Origin: Octopus vulgaris
Taxonomy: Eukaryota
Assembly: GCA_951406725.2 (NCBI GenBank)
Contig: OX597815.1
Coordinates: 170,624,001 to 170,688,000 of the forward strand
Direction of reading: 5' to 3'
Length of the DNA: 64,000 nucleotides
Each line of letters opens with the position of its first letter. The stretch's first letter is position 1. The notes beneath the pieces are model-generated. The model did not search any database and was not told where the DNA came from. It worked only from the letters and a program-made list of their open reading frames with translations. The translations under genes were made by a program, and so were the position numbers. Shown here piece after piece: positions 42,916-55,627 of the stretch.

Positions 42916-43669
42916 GTGTATGTTTATGTATATATATATATACGTACATGTATATTAAATTTGATAAGCTGTGTATTATTTACTTATCAACTCTTTCTAT
43001 ATAATGAATACTTGCTAGCGTTATGCAATTTCAATATTGAAAATATTGTTGCCAATAGTATATTTCAGACTTCAATGCAGAATTTTAGAGATATTTTCAA
43101 CCTAAATTCAAATATATATATCAAGATATATCAAGATGGCGCTGAACTAACAACAAGTGTGTTAACGTGTCTCTCCTAAATATTAAAGAAGTCCTTCCAG
43201 AGATCGATGTTATCAGAAGCGAAATTGTCTGCAAAGCGAATATAAGTGATAGTACAACAAGTCACTGTATTTGAGAAGAATATTGTCGCTTTTGATATAG
43301 TATTTGCAACTAGAACATACTCGCGAATACACGTGTTAAAACGCACGTGTGTTACTTCCCGAAATCGAAGTGAATTTTATTCTTCGTCTGTGAATCAACA
43401 AGACACAGTATTTTTGAGAAGGATATTTTCGTTTTTGATGTATATCTGCGTGTTCTGAAAAAAGCCTCTGAAAAATTTGCTGCTTAATACCAAATCGCTT
43501 AGGAAAATACAGAAAGTATCGTCAAACTTTTGCATGTGCTAAATCGAAACTCAAATCCCTTTTGTTTACAAAGTGCGCTTGGGGAATATAACAGGTCTGT
43601 CTTGTCTATCTATCTTCCTTTCTTATAAAAAGGAATCACGTAAGTACTCTCTCAGCCGGTAAGGTAAGA

Positions 43670-43990
43670 TATTATTTATTTTGTTATCATTAGTGTTCTT
43701 TCAAACAGAAAATAATTAAAAAAAAAAAAAAAAAAGATATAAAAATATAAAAATACACGCTATTCTATCTTTATAATCTTTATAATTTCGTCCTCCGTGC
43801 CTGCCACGCACTCTCTCTTTCTCTTTCTTACATTTCTATTTCTATCTCTCTCATACATTTTTATTATTTGTTATCATTAGTGTTCTTTCAAACAGAAAAT
43901 AATAATTAAAAAGATATAAAAATACGCGCTATTCTATCTTTATAATCTCTCCCTCTCTTTCTTACATTTCTATTTCTATCTCTCTCATAC
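43670..43990 (+). repeat. Tandem duplication in the LINE 5' UTR
   Basis: ttgttatcattagtgttctttcaaacagaaaataat...cgctattctatctttataatct...tctttcttacatttctatttctatctctctcataca occurs twice (about 43680-43857 and 43868-43991). Confidence 0.9.
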
Positions 43991-43994
43991 AGTT

Positions 43995-44815
43995 TATACC
44001 TTATCTGTCTCCCCATCCACCAGACCCTCTATTTCCGATCTCACTCTCCCCTCCTCCCTCTCTCTCCCTCTGCAATCGTTTCTCTTTCTGCATCTCTCTC
44101 AGATCAACTTTCTCTCACCTCACCCCCTCTCTCAGTTCCTCAACTTCACTCATTCTCTCTTGTATCTATATACCGCCCTCTTTCTCTCTCTCTCTCTCTG
44201 TTACTCCCCCTCCCTCTCTCTGCCTCTTTCCTCTCCGCTCCTTCACAGGTCAAACCCCTTTTCCTCTTCCCCTTCTGTCCCCTTATTTCTTTCTCTACAC
44301 CACCCTCCCTGTCCCTTTACTACACTCTGTTGCGCCCCCTCTCTTCCTCTTCCCCCTTTTTTCTTCCTACCTTTCCTCTCCCTATTCCCTCAAAGGCTCA
44401 CCCCCCTGTCTCTTTTTTCCTCTCTCTGTCTCCTTCCTCAACACCACCCTCTCTGTCCCTTTACTTCACTCCCTGGTACCTCTATCCTGCCCTCTCTCTC
44501 TCTCCCTCTCCATTTCATCTCTCTCTTCCTCTCCATTTTATCTCTCCGCCTTTCTTCTCCCTGCTCCCCCTAGGGTCCACCCTCTTGTCTCACTTTTCCA
44601 CCCTGTCCCTTTCTACTACACCTCTATCCCGCTCACTCTCCCCCTGCTGACCTGCCATTCTTTCACCTTTCTCTTTTTTCCCTCTTATTTTCTCTCTTTC
44701 TCTCTTCTCTCAGGACAATCCCCTCGGCTCTCTCTATCCCCCCTGGCTTTTCTCCTTTCTCTTCTCCCTCTCCATATCTCTCCTTCTCTATCTCTCTCTC
44801 TGTTCCTATATTTCA
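43995..44815 (+). repeat. About 800-nt polypyrimidine tract in the LINE 5' UTR
   Basis: Strongly C/T-biased plus strand, ending tttcactag immediately before ORF1. Confidence 0.9.
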
Positions 44816-44825
44816 CTAGAAGAAA

Positions 44826-45734
44826 ATAGCAAGAAACTGGTCTGCGAGAGAGGTGCAATTGTTCGTCCGCGCTTGGAAGATCGCTGAGGACGACTCGCCG
44901 AACGACATTATTGCTGCGGCGCTGAAAAGCAACAATTTTTCGAGAACCACCGCCCAGATAGAGCGAAAGAAGAGAGAAGTTATCCGTTCGTACGCTCTAA
45001 TCAGGCAACATGTGGACACACTGGACATCATCCTGGGAGGTGACGGCAACAGGGAGGGCCAAAAGGATGAGGAAAGCATCCAGAGCCAAATGGAGAAGCC
45101 TGGAACACAGGGAAACGATGACACATGTCCAGCTTCCAACACCACAACTGAAGACCAAAGAGGTGCGATGGCCGCAAGAAAGGAAAGGCACCCTGGAATT
45201 GATGGGAAGCAGGAGGTAAAGGGTGACAGAATCAAGGCTAAAGGAAGCCCTGTCCAGAGAAAGCAGAGGGACCCCAGCAAAAACTGTAAGGGCAGGGAAA
45301 GAAACACCTGAAAATTCTACCTGAGGGGGGACTGCTGGTACGGCGTTGAAGGTGCAAACTGTCGCTTTGCACATCGGAGGCCCTACCAAAACCGCACGGA
45401 CGCGAGACAGAGGTCCCTCCCTCAGGGAGAACAAAAACAAAAACAAAAACAAAAAGTTAAAAGAAGGGAAAAAAGCGCACTGACCACTACTGAAAGGCGG
45501 TATGCAGATGTGGTGCGCGGAAACCCAACAGGTGGCCAGCTTCACCCAGATGTGAGAAGGGCGGCAGCTGAACAGGAGTCTTTTTTGTGCATGGCACAAA
45601 AAATTGTTCAGCAGCTGACCTGGCTACAAGCACAAAGCTGGAACTACCACCACATAAGGCCACCTCCAACAGATGCAGGATGGCCACCACAGACACCAAC
45701 ACCAACACACACACCACAAAAATATTTCTACTGA
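44826..45734 (+). pseudogene. LINE ORF1: Myb/SANT(trihelix)-like N-terminus + CCCH zinc finger; one in-frame stop
   Basis: Track ORFs 44853..45311 and 45510..45734 are in one frame, separated only by TGA 45309-45311, which occupies the first Cys of *KFYLRGDCWYGVEGANCRFAH. N-terminus (I/M)ARNWSAREVQLFVRAWK...IIAAALKSNNFSRTTAQIERKKREVIRSY. Probable start aaaATAgca at 44826 (ATG>ATA). Confidence 0.8.
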
Positions 45735-48689
45735 ATGTAGGAGGGCTGCTGCGCGGAAACTGTAAAAAGAAAATTTCATTCCTGAGAGACCTTGTGACAT
45801 GCAATCAAGCTATATGCATGGCACTCACAGAAACACATCTTGAACCCGATATAGTGATGCAGAAATACACATGCCGCAATATGCAGTCATACGCACAGAT
45901 AGAAAAGGGAGGAGCCATGGTGGAGTTGCAATGTACATCCGAGATGACCTCACGCCCCAGGTCCTGCTGTCATATTCAAACTCAGTATGTGAAACTCAAA
46001 TTGTACACATAAGACAACTGAATATCGTCATATGCACTACATATCGCCCACCAGATGCCCCAAAACACTCAGGCATGTTTGAAGACTGCCTAACAAAAAT
46101 AGGAGAAGTCCTCACCAACCTTGAACAGCACAACAGTGTATTCTTCATGGGTGACTTTAACCTCCCCAATGTGGAATGGCCTGGGGGGCAGATGCTCCCA
46201 GGGATGACACACCATCAGCAGGCACAGGTGGAGTCCCTGCTCCATCTCACAAATGCCTCTTTCATGGAGCAAATAGTTCTGCAACCAACAAGGGCAGATA
46301 ATATACTGGATCTCTGCTTCACAAACAATATGGATATTATCCATAATGTTAATGTGATGCCGACAATGATCTCGGATCACAACATAATAGAGCTGTCTAT
46401 GTATGGAACAAAAGCCCCCGCAGACACACAGCCTATACGAAGCACCCACCATCTCTCCAACTTAAACTTTCATAAAGCCAACTGGAAGTCGATTGAGAAA
46501 GAGATCCTCAAACAGGATTGGCCTGAATGTCTCTCCACACCGGACATAAACATGAAACACAAACACTTCATGTCCCTAATACAAGCCATATGTGACAAAT
46601 ATGTCCCAATGTGCAGGGCCAGCACACACAAGAACAAAAACAGGATCCCTAGAGAAAGGAGAATTCTTATGAGACGACGGACAAGGATTGCAAACCGCCT
46701 GAGCAAGCACACCAAAAGTGGTGAGAAGTCTCGGCTCGAAAGAATGCTAATGGAAACTGAGAAAAGTCTACATCAGTCCCATGAAAAGGAGAGAGCAGAT
46801 AAAGAAGCTTGGGTAATAGAAAATATAAAATCAAACCCTAAAGCTTTCTTTAAGTTTGCCAAAGAGACAGCCACAGTGCACCAGAGAATAGGACCTCTCT
46901 TCCAAAAAGATGGCTCTCTCACAGGAAATCCCACGAGGATAAGTGAAATACTGAACGAACAGTTCCAAAGTGTGTTCACTACACCTCTAGGACACAGGCA
47001 AGTAAACAACCCAGAAGAATTCTTTGCCACTTTACCAGCGGCCAAAGAGACAAAAATTGAGTACATCAACATCGAAGAAGATGATATCACACTAGCCATT
47101 GATGAGATTGACACAAACTCAGCTGCTGGACCTGATGGATTCCCAGCGATCCTTCTCAAATCGTGCAAACGAGCCCTTGCAAAACCGCTACAGCTTCTTT
47201 TTCAGAGCTTTCTTGCAAGTGGTAAGCTCCCAGTCAAACTGAAAGAGGGGGTAATATGCCCTATCCATAAGGGAGGTAGCAGAGCAGATGCTAAAAATTA
47301 TAGGCCTATCTCTCTGACCTCACACATCAGCAAAGTCATGGAACGAATAGTCCGTAAGAAACTAATCATGTTCCTTGAAGAAAATGACTTACTGTCTGAC
47401 ACCCAGCATGGATTTCGACCAGGTAGAGGCTGCCTAACACAGCTCCTGCAACACTATGACTGGGTGTTGAAACAGCTACTAAATGGCTCAAATGTGGATG
47501 TAATATATCTTGACTTTGCAAAAGCCTTTGATAAAGTCGACCATGGTATGATCTGTCACAAACTGCGTGGTCTCGGCATAGGCGGGAAACTTGGAGAGTG
47601 GCTGCACAACTTCCTAAAAGACAGAAAACAGGCAGTTGTGAGCAATGGAGCCACCTCCAGGGAAACGCAAATAACAAGCGGTGTCCCACAGGGCACTGTC
47701 TTGGGGCCACTGATGTTCATAGTGGCCCTTTCAGACATGCCTTCAGTTGCTACGATGACCACCCTTGCTAGCTATGCAGATGACACAAAAGTCTCCCACG
47801 CAATACAAAACCCTGAAAATATTGCGCATCTGCAACATGAGCTGGACACAATATACAGGTGGGCTGAGGACAACAACATGCAGTTTAATGCAGGTAAGTT
47901 CCAGGCCCTGCGCTACTGGCACACAAAGGTAAATGACGTGAAGACTGGATACACTGGCCCAGGAAGAATTGCAATCCCTGAGTCAAAATCAGTGCGTGAC
48001 CTGGGCATTGACATGAGCAATGATGCATCTTTCCAAATGCATATTGCTAATCTGGTGATAAAATGCAGACGGCTAGCTGGATGGATTCTCCGAACTTTCA
48101 GAACAAGAGAGAAGGAGACACTGATGGTCCTATGGAAAACATTTGTCCTCAGCCGCTTGGACTACTGCTCCCAACTTTGGTCACCACACAATATAAAACA
48201 AACAGCAGAACTCGAAGCAACTCAGAGAAGCTACACAAAGAAAATCGTCTCAATGCAAAATGTCAGCTACTGGGAAAGACTGAAGGTATTAAACCTCTTC
48301 TCCCTGGAGCGGAGGTGGAGAGATATGCAGTGATATACATCTGGAAAATCCTGGAGGGTCTTGTCCCAAACTTTGGCATTCAAAGTTACTCCAGCCGCAG
48401 AACGGGGCGCCGCTGCGTGGTGCCAAGGATTCCAACATCACCATCAAAATACAGGTCCAGATACTGCAACAGCTTGGGTTTCAGAGGACCACAGCTCTTT
48501 AACATCCTCCCTAAATGCCTGAGAGACTTACATGGTGTGGATGTGGGTTTCTTTAAAACTAAACTGGATCTCTTCTTGTTGGGAGTCCCAGATGAACCTA
48601 CCTCACGACAGGAGACACGGATGCGGGCAGCAGCATCGAACTCCCTTGTTGATCAAGTGCCACGTATCAGAGGTGGATTCACAAACTAG
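45680..48689 (+). pseudogene. LINE ORF2: APE endonuclease + reverse transcriptase (two 1-nt frameshifts)
   Basis: Endonuclease: LLNVGGL, LTETHL, YRPP, MGDFN, LDL, SDH. RT: NYRPISL, YLDFAKAFDKVDH, SGVPQGTVLGP, YADD, W...NNMQFN..K, LG, SLERR. Frameshifts near 45852 (PDI/SDAEIHMPQY) and 48316 (LERR/ERYAVIYIWKIL). Confidence 0.95.
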
Positions 48690-48999
48690 TGTAGCTCATT
48701 CAGCGGTGGTGCCCCAGCATGGCCGCGGCCTTCGGGCTAAAACATTTTTAAGGATTTAAGGATTTATATCTGCATAAAGGAAGAGGCTTTAGTGAAATGT
48801 AAATTCCAAAGAAAAACAGAATGTATTAAAAATAGATTTTCAATGCTAAAATAAGTTTAACAAAATCAGGGAAAACGTCTAAGTGGAATTCGAAAAATAA
48901 AGCGTTAAAATTGAGGTAATGATTTGTATGCATTGATACTTAAATATTCGAATTGAAATACACGCACAGATACACATATATGTGTACGTATGTGTGTGT

Positions 49000-49033
<34 letters not shown>

Positions 49034-49051
49034 TTATACACACATACATAC

Positions 49052-49212
<161 letters not shown>

Positions 49213-49358
49213 GCAGCAGGGATACGAGTATTCTACGTTCTTCGTCAATAAGTAGCATAAATATTTGACAAATCGTTAAAGCAAAGTGTTAACTCATGAA
49301 AATAAAAGAAAATTTATCTCAACACTGCAGTCAGTATTTCAATATATGTTGTATTATA

Positions 49359-49575
49359 AGGCGGCGAGCTGGCAGAAACGTTAGCACGCTGGGCAAAACG
49401 CTTAGCAGTATTTGGTCTGTCTTTACGTTCTGAGTTCAAATTTCACCCAGGTCGACATTGCCTTTCATCGTCGTTTCGGGGTTGATAAATTAAGTACCAG
49501 TTGCGTAAAGTTGTTGATCTAATCAATCGGCCTCCTCCTTCAAAATTTCGGGTCTTGTGCGAAGTGCCGGAAAGA
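49359..49575 (+). mobile_element. Family B tRNA-derived SINE
   Basis: ggcggcgagctggcagaaacgttagcacg...gttctgagttcaaatt...ggtcgacattgcctttcatc...gataaattaagtaccagttgc. Confidence 0.88.
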
Positions 49576-50437
49576 ATATACGTTGTGTTATGTATATTAA
49601 AATAACTAATGTACCTATAATCATAAGCCATTTTTCTGATGCAGTTTGTTTTTGGAATGATTTACTGCTCACACATCCCTAGCATGTTAAATAATGCCGA
49701 AGAGTATGCTTAATATTCAGATTCTGGCTAGATAATCAACTTTTCGGCGAGAGAAACTACACATTGTAAAACTTTGCACTTACACATAAAGTAATTTAAC
49801 TTTTCATCTAAATACAACGATAACTCGGTCATTATGAAGGGACAAAGTGCACAAATATTTCTTCTCAGAACCAAAAAAATTCATACAGACTAACAAATCT
49901 GTTTCCCTGTAAATAAGATTTTACTTTGACACTGCCGCTAGTGATTGACTTATTTTCTATGAAAATCTATGTAGAAAGTGCAGGAAGTATTTTGGAAGAG
50001 CTGACCATATTTGAGTTCTATACACTTCTAATGAAATTATTAGGAGATAATGGATATTTCTCGTGAGTATTCTATAAATAAATCTCTGTTGCAAGCCTCC
50101 TCTCCTCTGTTTTCTGTGGGATTTCCATTCCTTTTCGGAATTTTACTGTACCGAGAAATATACATTTGTATTTTAATGGATTTATATACTTCCTATTCAT
50201 AGGGATATTGCTATTCGTTAAGCTATTAAAACTTGTTGCTTTTAAGGGAGATTCAATAGTTAAATAGTAGTGAATCGTGAAATATTTCTTAACTTAGATT
50301 AATGTATCATGGCGATACATCTACACTTCTTTCTAAGATTGTTTTCATCCCTTCTCTAATAAATATCTATAATGTAACGGACAACATTTGCCAATCTATA
50401 CGCTAACGAATTGAGTGAGCAATTGATTATTTCATAT

Positions 50438-50852
50438 TTTGGCACAAGAGGCTAAGTCGATTACATCATCCCCAGTGCTCAATAGTACTTATTTTATCGA
50501 CCCCGAAAGGATGAAAAGCAAAGTCTACCGCAACAGAATTTGGACTCAGAACGTAAAGACGTAGAAAATACCTATTTCTTTACTACACACAAAGGGCTAA
50601 ACACAGAGGGAACAAACAAGGACAGACAAACGGATCAAGTCGATTACATCGACCCCAGTGCGTAACTGGTACTTAATTTATCGAACCCCGAAAGGATGAA
50701 AGGCAAAGTCGACCTTGGCGGAATTTGAACTCAGAACGTAACGGCAGACGAAATACGGCTACGCATTTCGCCCGGTGTGCTAACGTTTCTGCCAGCTCGC
50801 TGTCTCTAAGCATTTTGTTCGGCGTGCTAACAATTCTGCTAACTCGTCGTCT
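50438..50852 (-). mobile_element. Young family B SINE (about 50570-50800) nested in an older family B SINE
   Basis: Older copy 50438-50570 resumes at about 50806 (ctaagcattttgttcggcgtgctaac...gctaactcgtcgtctt); the inner copy is near consensus. Confidence 0.8.
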
Positions 50853-51610
50853 TAATGGGCAATGAAATATTGATAAAATGACAAACATTTTGTAGGAAAG
50901 AGATCTTAGTTATCTATGCTTCTCTCTTTTACTTATCAACTCCATTGCTGTTACTGCCACCATCTTGCTTCTGTCAAAGAGATACAATTTTCTAGTTGGT
51001 TGCCATTCCACACAATTTGTTAATGCTTGGCGCTTATCATGCTAAGACAGGTTTATCTAGTGTTTATGTGAATGAAACAGTGTGAAAGTACATGACAATT
51101 TGTAATCAGTTAAAAATTTGAGCAATAAGAGTTTTTACAATTTCAAAGTATTGTAAAGATATTTTATAAAAACGAATAATTTTGTAGTACATCAAGTGTT
51201 CTGCGGATGAGAACTGAATAATTTGTTTACTCTTTTCAATGAAAATGTTTTCCATTGTTCGATGATATCAAAACTAGATTTAGAGCTTCTTCAAATATCC
51301 TGAAACAAATAGGCAGGTGATTGTATAGAAATATATCACTATGAAGTTTACTAACACCATATTCCTTCGATAATAATTAGCTGAGAAAAGATCACATGGC
51401 GAAATGCTTTAAATTTTTAGAATATTTTACTATTCTTATTAGAAAGCATACATTTACAGACGAGTTAAATACGATAACATTGTAGTGAAGCCGATCAGGG
51501 CTCTATTGAAATTGTTGCCCACATTCATCGTCTCAAATAAATGACTAATATACTGAGATCACACGCAAAGACGTTTGTGAAGACTATTACTTTTTAATTT
51601 GCACCTTCTC

Positions 51611-51641
<31 letters not shown>

Positions 51642-52334
51642 CTGTCTGTTTGTCTATTTGTCTGTCTGTCTCAGCCTTTCTTCCCCTCTCTCCTTCCCTC
51701 ACTCTATCTGTATGTCTGTTTGTCTGTCTGTCTGCCTCTCTTTCTCTCTCTGTATATATGTGTACGTGGGTGTGTGCGCGCAAGCGTGTGTGTGTATATA
51801 TGTATAAAGATTTTCTTTAAAAAATATTACTTAATAAAATTGGGAAAAATGGAATGATATGAATAATTTTGAATGACATTTTTATATTCTGTGCAAGCGC
51901 TTTCGTTGTGCAACTTTTCAAATATGCGTATTTCGAGATAATCCATTTAGCGGAAATTGTTTTTAGCAATGACATTAACTACTTCAGGTTAATTTTCGAA
52001 TTTCGAATGGTTATAAAGTATTCTTCTTTCGCCTATTTTTGCTAAAAACCAATAAATACATACATGTTGGTGGTGGTTGTCCGCTCCTCATGCAGAGTCT
52101 GACTACATATTGTACTTAAACCTTAGATTCATCATGGCGCCTGATGTGCCTTTTTAAATCAGAGAATGTTTTGAAAACACACCCACATAGATTACATATC
52201 TGATTTCGACCAGCAAGAGCTGCAGTTAAGTTCTGATCTTTGTGGATCACAACATGTTTTTTCGGGCCTCTGTTAGATTTGCAAACCCTGTGGCATGCAC
52301 AGCATTAAATGTGTGAACATAACACGTATATACA

Positions 52335-52368
<34 letters not shown>

Positions 52369-53489
52369 ATAAACATACGTATGTGTGTGTGTGTGCGTGT
52401 GTGTGTACATATATATATATGTTTTTGTTTTTTTTTCTTCTGAAGATGGGTCTTTTCACCTGAAAAATAGAGGTTTTATTAAACTTTCTGCATCGTCAGA
52501 AACTTTCTATTTAGCCTCTTTTTGCCTACTTCGATACTACAATGCTTCAAGCGAACTACAACGCTCTTATGTATATACATACACACACACATACACACAT
52601 ATATATATATATATATGTACAATATCACTATTTGAAAAGGATGATAAGAATAGGCTTGATGGATTTATATCTTACCCATACTCTTGTCGTACAAATGAGA
52701 AAGGTTAAGAGAGGAAATTGATAATAGTATCTTCTGCAGAAGTCCAACAAAACCACTCTTTCGTTATGAATAACTGCATTAAATGTTTAGATGTTAGTAA
52801 TATATTTCTGTACATAATTTAATATATACTGTAACTATCATAAGTATGAAAAAAGTTGGATAAAGAGCGGGTAGTGTATTACGTTAGCTACAAAATAAAA
52901 TAAAAAAAGACGTATTCAATTATCCAAAGGAACATAGGTACATCAACAGTTGTCTTCATCCAATCATCTGGAAAATAACATGTCAGTGAACGATGAAATA
53001 TTGGATAATATTACGTTGATATGAAGACCAAAAATAAAATAATTCAACAATATTGGAAGGCAGGGAGAATATAAAAATATATATCGATCGTTAATGAAAT
53101 GCAAATACTAAATATTAGATGAATAATCTGGAATACTCGAACTTATATCTCAAGAGCTATGTACCATGTAAGTTATAAAAAAATGTGAATGTTTGATATT
53201 ATAATATAACTTCGTAATATAATAAATTCATTTTCCTACAGAAAATAAAGATTGCTGTACAAGATACAACAGTCGATTTATTACATTTTTCTTACCACTT
53301 ATATTATGATCAAATCGTTCTTTAATGGAGTACATCATATTGATTTGTTTTGCATAGATTAACTGGAACATAGGTTTAGATATACTTGGTAAAGAAACGA
53401 AATTCTCGATCTTGAATCACCCAAGAGTTTACATATAGATATAATAAGCTAGTACTCATAATTTTCATTTGTAACAGCCTCAGATTTCG

Positions 53490-53882
53490 GATAGGGAACA
53501 ATGAATTACACTGACTCCGTTACCTGATACTTAGTTTTTCGACCTCTCTAAAATGAAAAGCAAACTTGTACCCGATGGTATTGAAAATCAGAACGTAAAG
53601 AACCAGTGCATATTGAATGTTAATCTAAACATTATGCTAATGCGCCAACGGAACATCGTTCAAAATATTGGATTCAAATTTTGGCACAAGGCCAGCCATC
53701 TGGGGAGGGAATGAGTTGATTACATTGACCTCTGTGTTCAACTGATACTTATTTTATTGACCTCTGAAAGGATGAAAAGAAATGTCAACTTCGACAGAAC
53801 TTGAACTCAGATCGTAGAGACAGACAAAATGATGTTTAGCATGGTTCACGGCGTGGTAACGATTCGGCCATACCACCGCCTT
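53490..53882 (-). mobile_element. Two tandem decayed family B SINEs
   Basis: ggcacaaggccagc...gattacattgacc...actgatacttattttattgacc...ggatgaaaag...ttgaactcag...ccgccttaa. Confidence 0.7.
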
Positions 53883-55074
53883 AACATCGTTCAAAATATC
53901 GAAATTAAAATAACTTTTTGAAAAGCCACAAATCTAGTGTTCTTGAGTGAAAGGGTTAAAGAAAATATTGTGACTAAGTAAACAGACATTTTCTAAAAAC
54001 CCAATTTCATATTACATACTGTTGGGTACATATCAAGGCGATTCATGTTGACAATGAAACATTTAAACAAGAAATCTTAAGATTTTGCCACTGTCTCTCA
54101 TTCAAGTGTTGTTGCTTTTAAAAACATAACTATGGTGAAACAATTTGTTCTTTTAAGTTAAAATAAATAAAACACTCTTGCATCAGGCGACATTTATATA
54201 TTCTCCAACTGTTTGTTCTGCCAATTTCTTGTTTTATCTTACAGAGATCTCACAGTCGATTACAAATGAGACAAAATGTAAAGGACACCACAAAAAACGA
54301 TAAAAAAGGACGAAACATGTAAACAATGTTTTAAATAAGTAAACGCTTGCTTTGTTTTCTTTCTTGCTATGTTTTTACTATTCAGACTTCATTTCACATA
54401 CTCAAAGGTATTAGACGCATTGTTTGACTTTCATGTTAAAGCTAATTCAGCTAAAAGCAAACTGATAAGCCAATATTATTTCTTATATCTGGGCCTGTAT
54501 AGAAAATTCTTTTACTAAATGTTTGTATTTTATATTAATTTGAAACAGATATTTTAGACTCACTCATAACTTGATAAATCTTTTATGAAATACTTAGATT
54601 AAACATATCATACGGAAATAGTTCTGTACAAATTCACAAAGAAAAAAAATACAAACGTAAAATTTTAAGATATAGCCATATTTTAAATCTCCATGCTATA
54701 AAATATAAAACAAATAATACTAAGAGTATTTTTTATATCTAACACCAATATATTATTGAGAAAATACAGAAAAGGCTATATCTTCCTTCCGTGTAAATAT
54801 CTGGGAAATACACGATCGCATCTATATCAGGTTAGATATCCTAAATATATTGTGATTTGTCTTACGGACGAAAGGGTTTTATAAAACAAAGAGTATAAGA
54901 TTGTGAATAGATGACCAGTACATACCATATAAACAATTGATACAGGTTATTATCAGTGTCATGCCGTACAGTAATATTAGGTCACGATAAAAATAATTAG
55001 AGAAATCACAGATTGTAAAGAAATAAGCAGAAAATTTAGTTTTTCCCACGTAGTTATAACAAGAAATATCGGTT

Positions 55075-55238
55075 TCAAATTATAGCTAAAGGCTAGCAAA
55101 TTCGGGAAGAGGTTAAATCTATTACATCGACCGCAGTATTCAACTGCTACTTATTCTATCTACCTCGAAGGGATGAAAGGTGAAGTCGACCTTGGTGGCA
55201 TTTGAATACAGTTCAAAAAGAAGGGCGTAATGCCGCTC
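55075..55238 (-). mobile_element. Truncated family B SINE
   Basis: attacatcgaccgcagtattcaactgctacttattctatc...ggatgaaaggtgaagtcgaccttggtggcatttgaa. Confidence 0.75.
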
Positions 55239-55312
55239 TCTGCCTTTATAAGAAGAAATATTATGTACATTATTTACAGTTGACGGATATTTGTCCTAAT
55301 CTTGCTTATTGT

Positions 55313-55360
55313 TAAAACAACGTTTCGGCTAATATACCATCCAGCCTTCATCAGGTGCCT
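55313..55360 (-). ncRNA. Minimal type I hammerhead ribozyme motif
   Basis: Minus strand aggcac-CTGATGA-a-ggctgg-atggtata-ttagcc-GAA-ACGT-T-gtttt: intact core, 6-bp stem II, palindromic ACGT stem III. Confidence 0.7.
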
Positions 55361-55409
55361 TGAGTAAATTTCGAATCAGGGTTCTTATTCCTAAGGTATT
55401 TTTTCAATG

Positions 55410-55457
<48 letters not shown>

Positions 55458-55462
55458 ATTAA

Positions 55463-55491
<29 letters not shown>

Positions 55492-55493
<2 letters not shown>

Positions 55494-55623
55494 TAGTTTT
55501 ATTTTTATATCGTGCTTTCACTTCACTACCGAGCGCAGCTCTGTGTGCCTTGGATATGTGCTGTGATTTGTTGTGATGCTCTGATGGTTATTGTATGGAA
55601 AGTGTTCTGCGTAGGATGTGTGC

Positions 55624-55627
<4 letters not shown>
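55492..55627 (-). mobile_element. 5'-truncated 3' end of an R4/Dong LINE inserted in (TAA)n
   Basis: Minus strand TAHILRRTLSIQ* (the LLGTAHILR C-terminus of R4/Dong ORFs) plus about 95-nt 3' UTR, with (TAA)n on both sides. Confidence 0.75.

Larger units (their letters stand above)
43450..48764 (+). mobile_element. Full-length CR1-group LINE (about 5.3 kb)
   Basis: 9-bp TSD tatatctgc at 43441-43449 and 48765-48773; long 5' UTR; ORF1; overlapping ORF2; short 3' UTR with hairpin and (tttaagga)2 octamer tail. Confidence 0.9.

Noticed and set aside
46090-47762. Antisense ORFs within the LINE (and plus-strand ORFs at 24372-25568)
   Set aside because: Shadow frames of retroelement coding sequence with no independent motifs.
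52436-52475. Hammerhead at ctgaagatgggtcttttcacctgaaaaatag
   Set aside because: Core start is present but the GAAAC/GUH stem III is absent; too decayed to call.
54244-54318. Candidate plus-strand exon after ttttatcttacag
   Set aside because: Weak donor, no recognisable protein, no partner exons.
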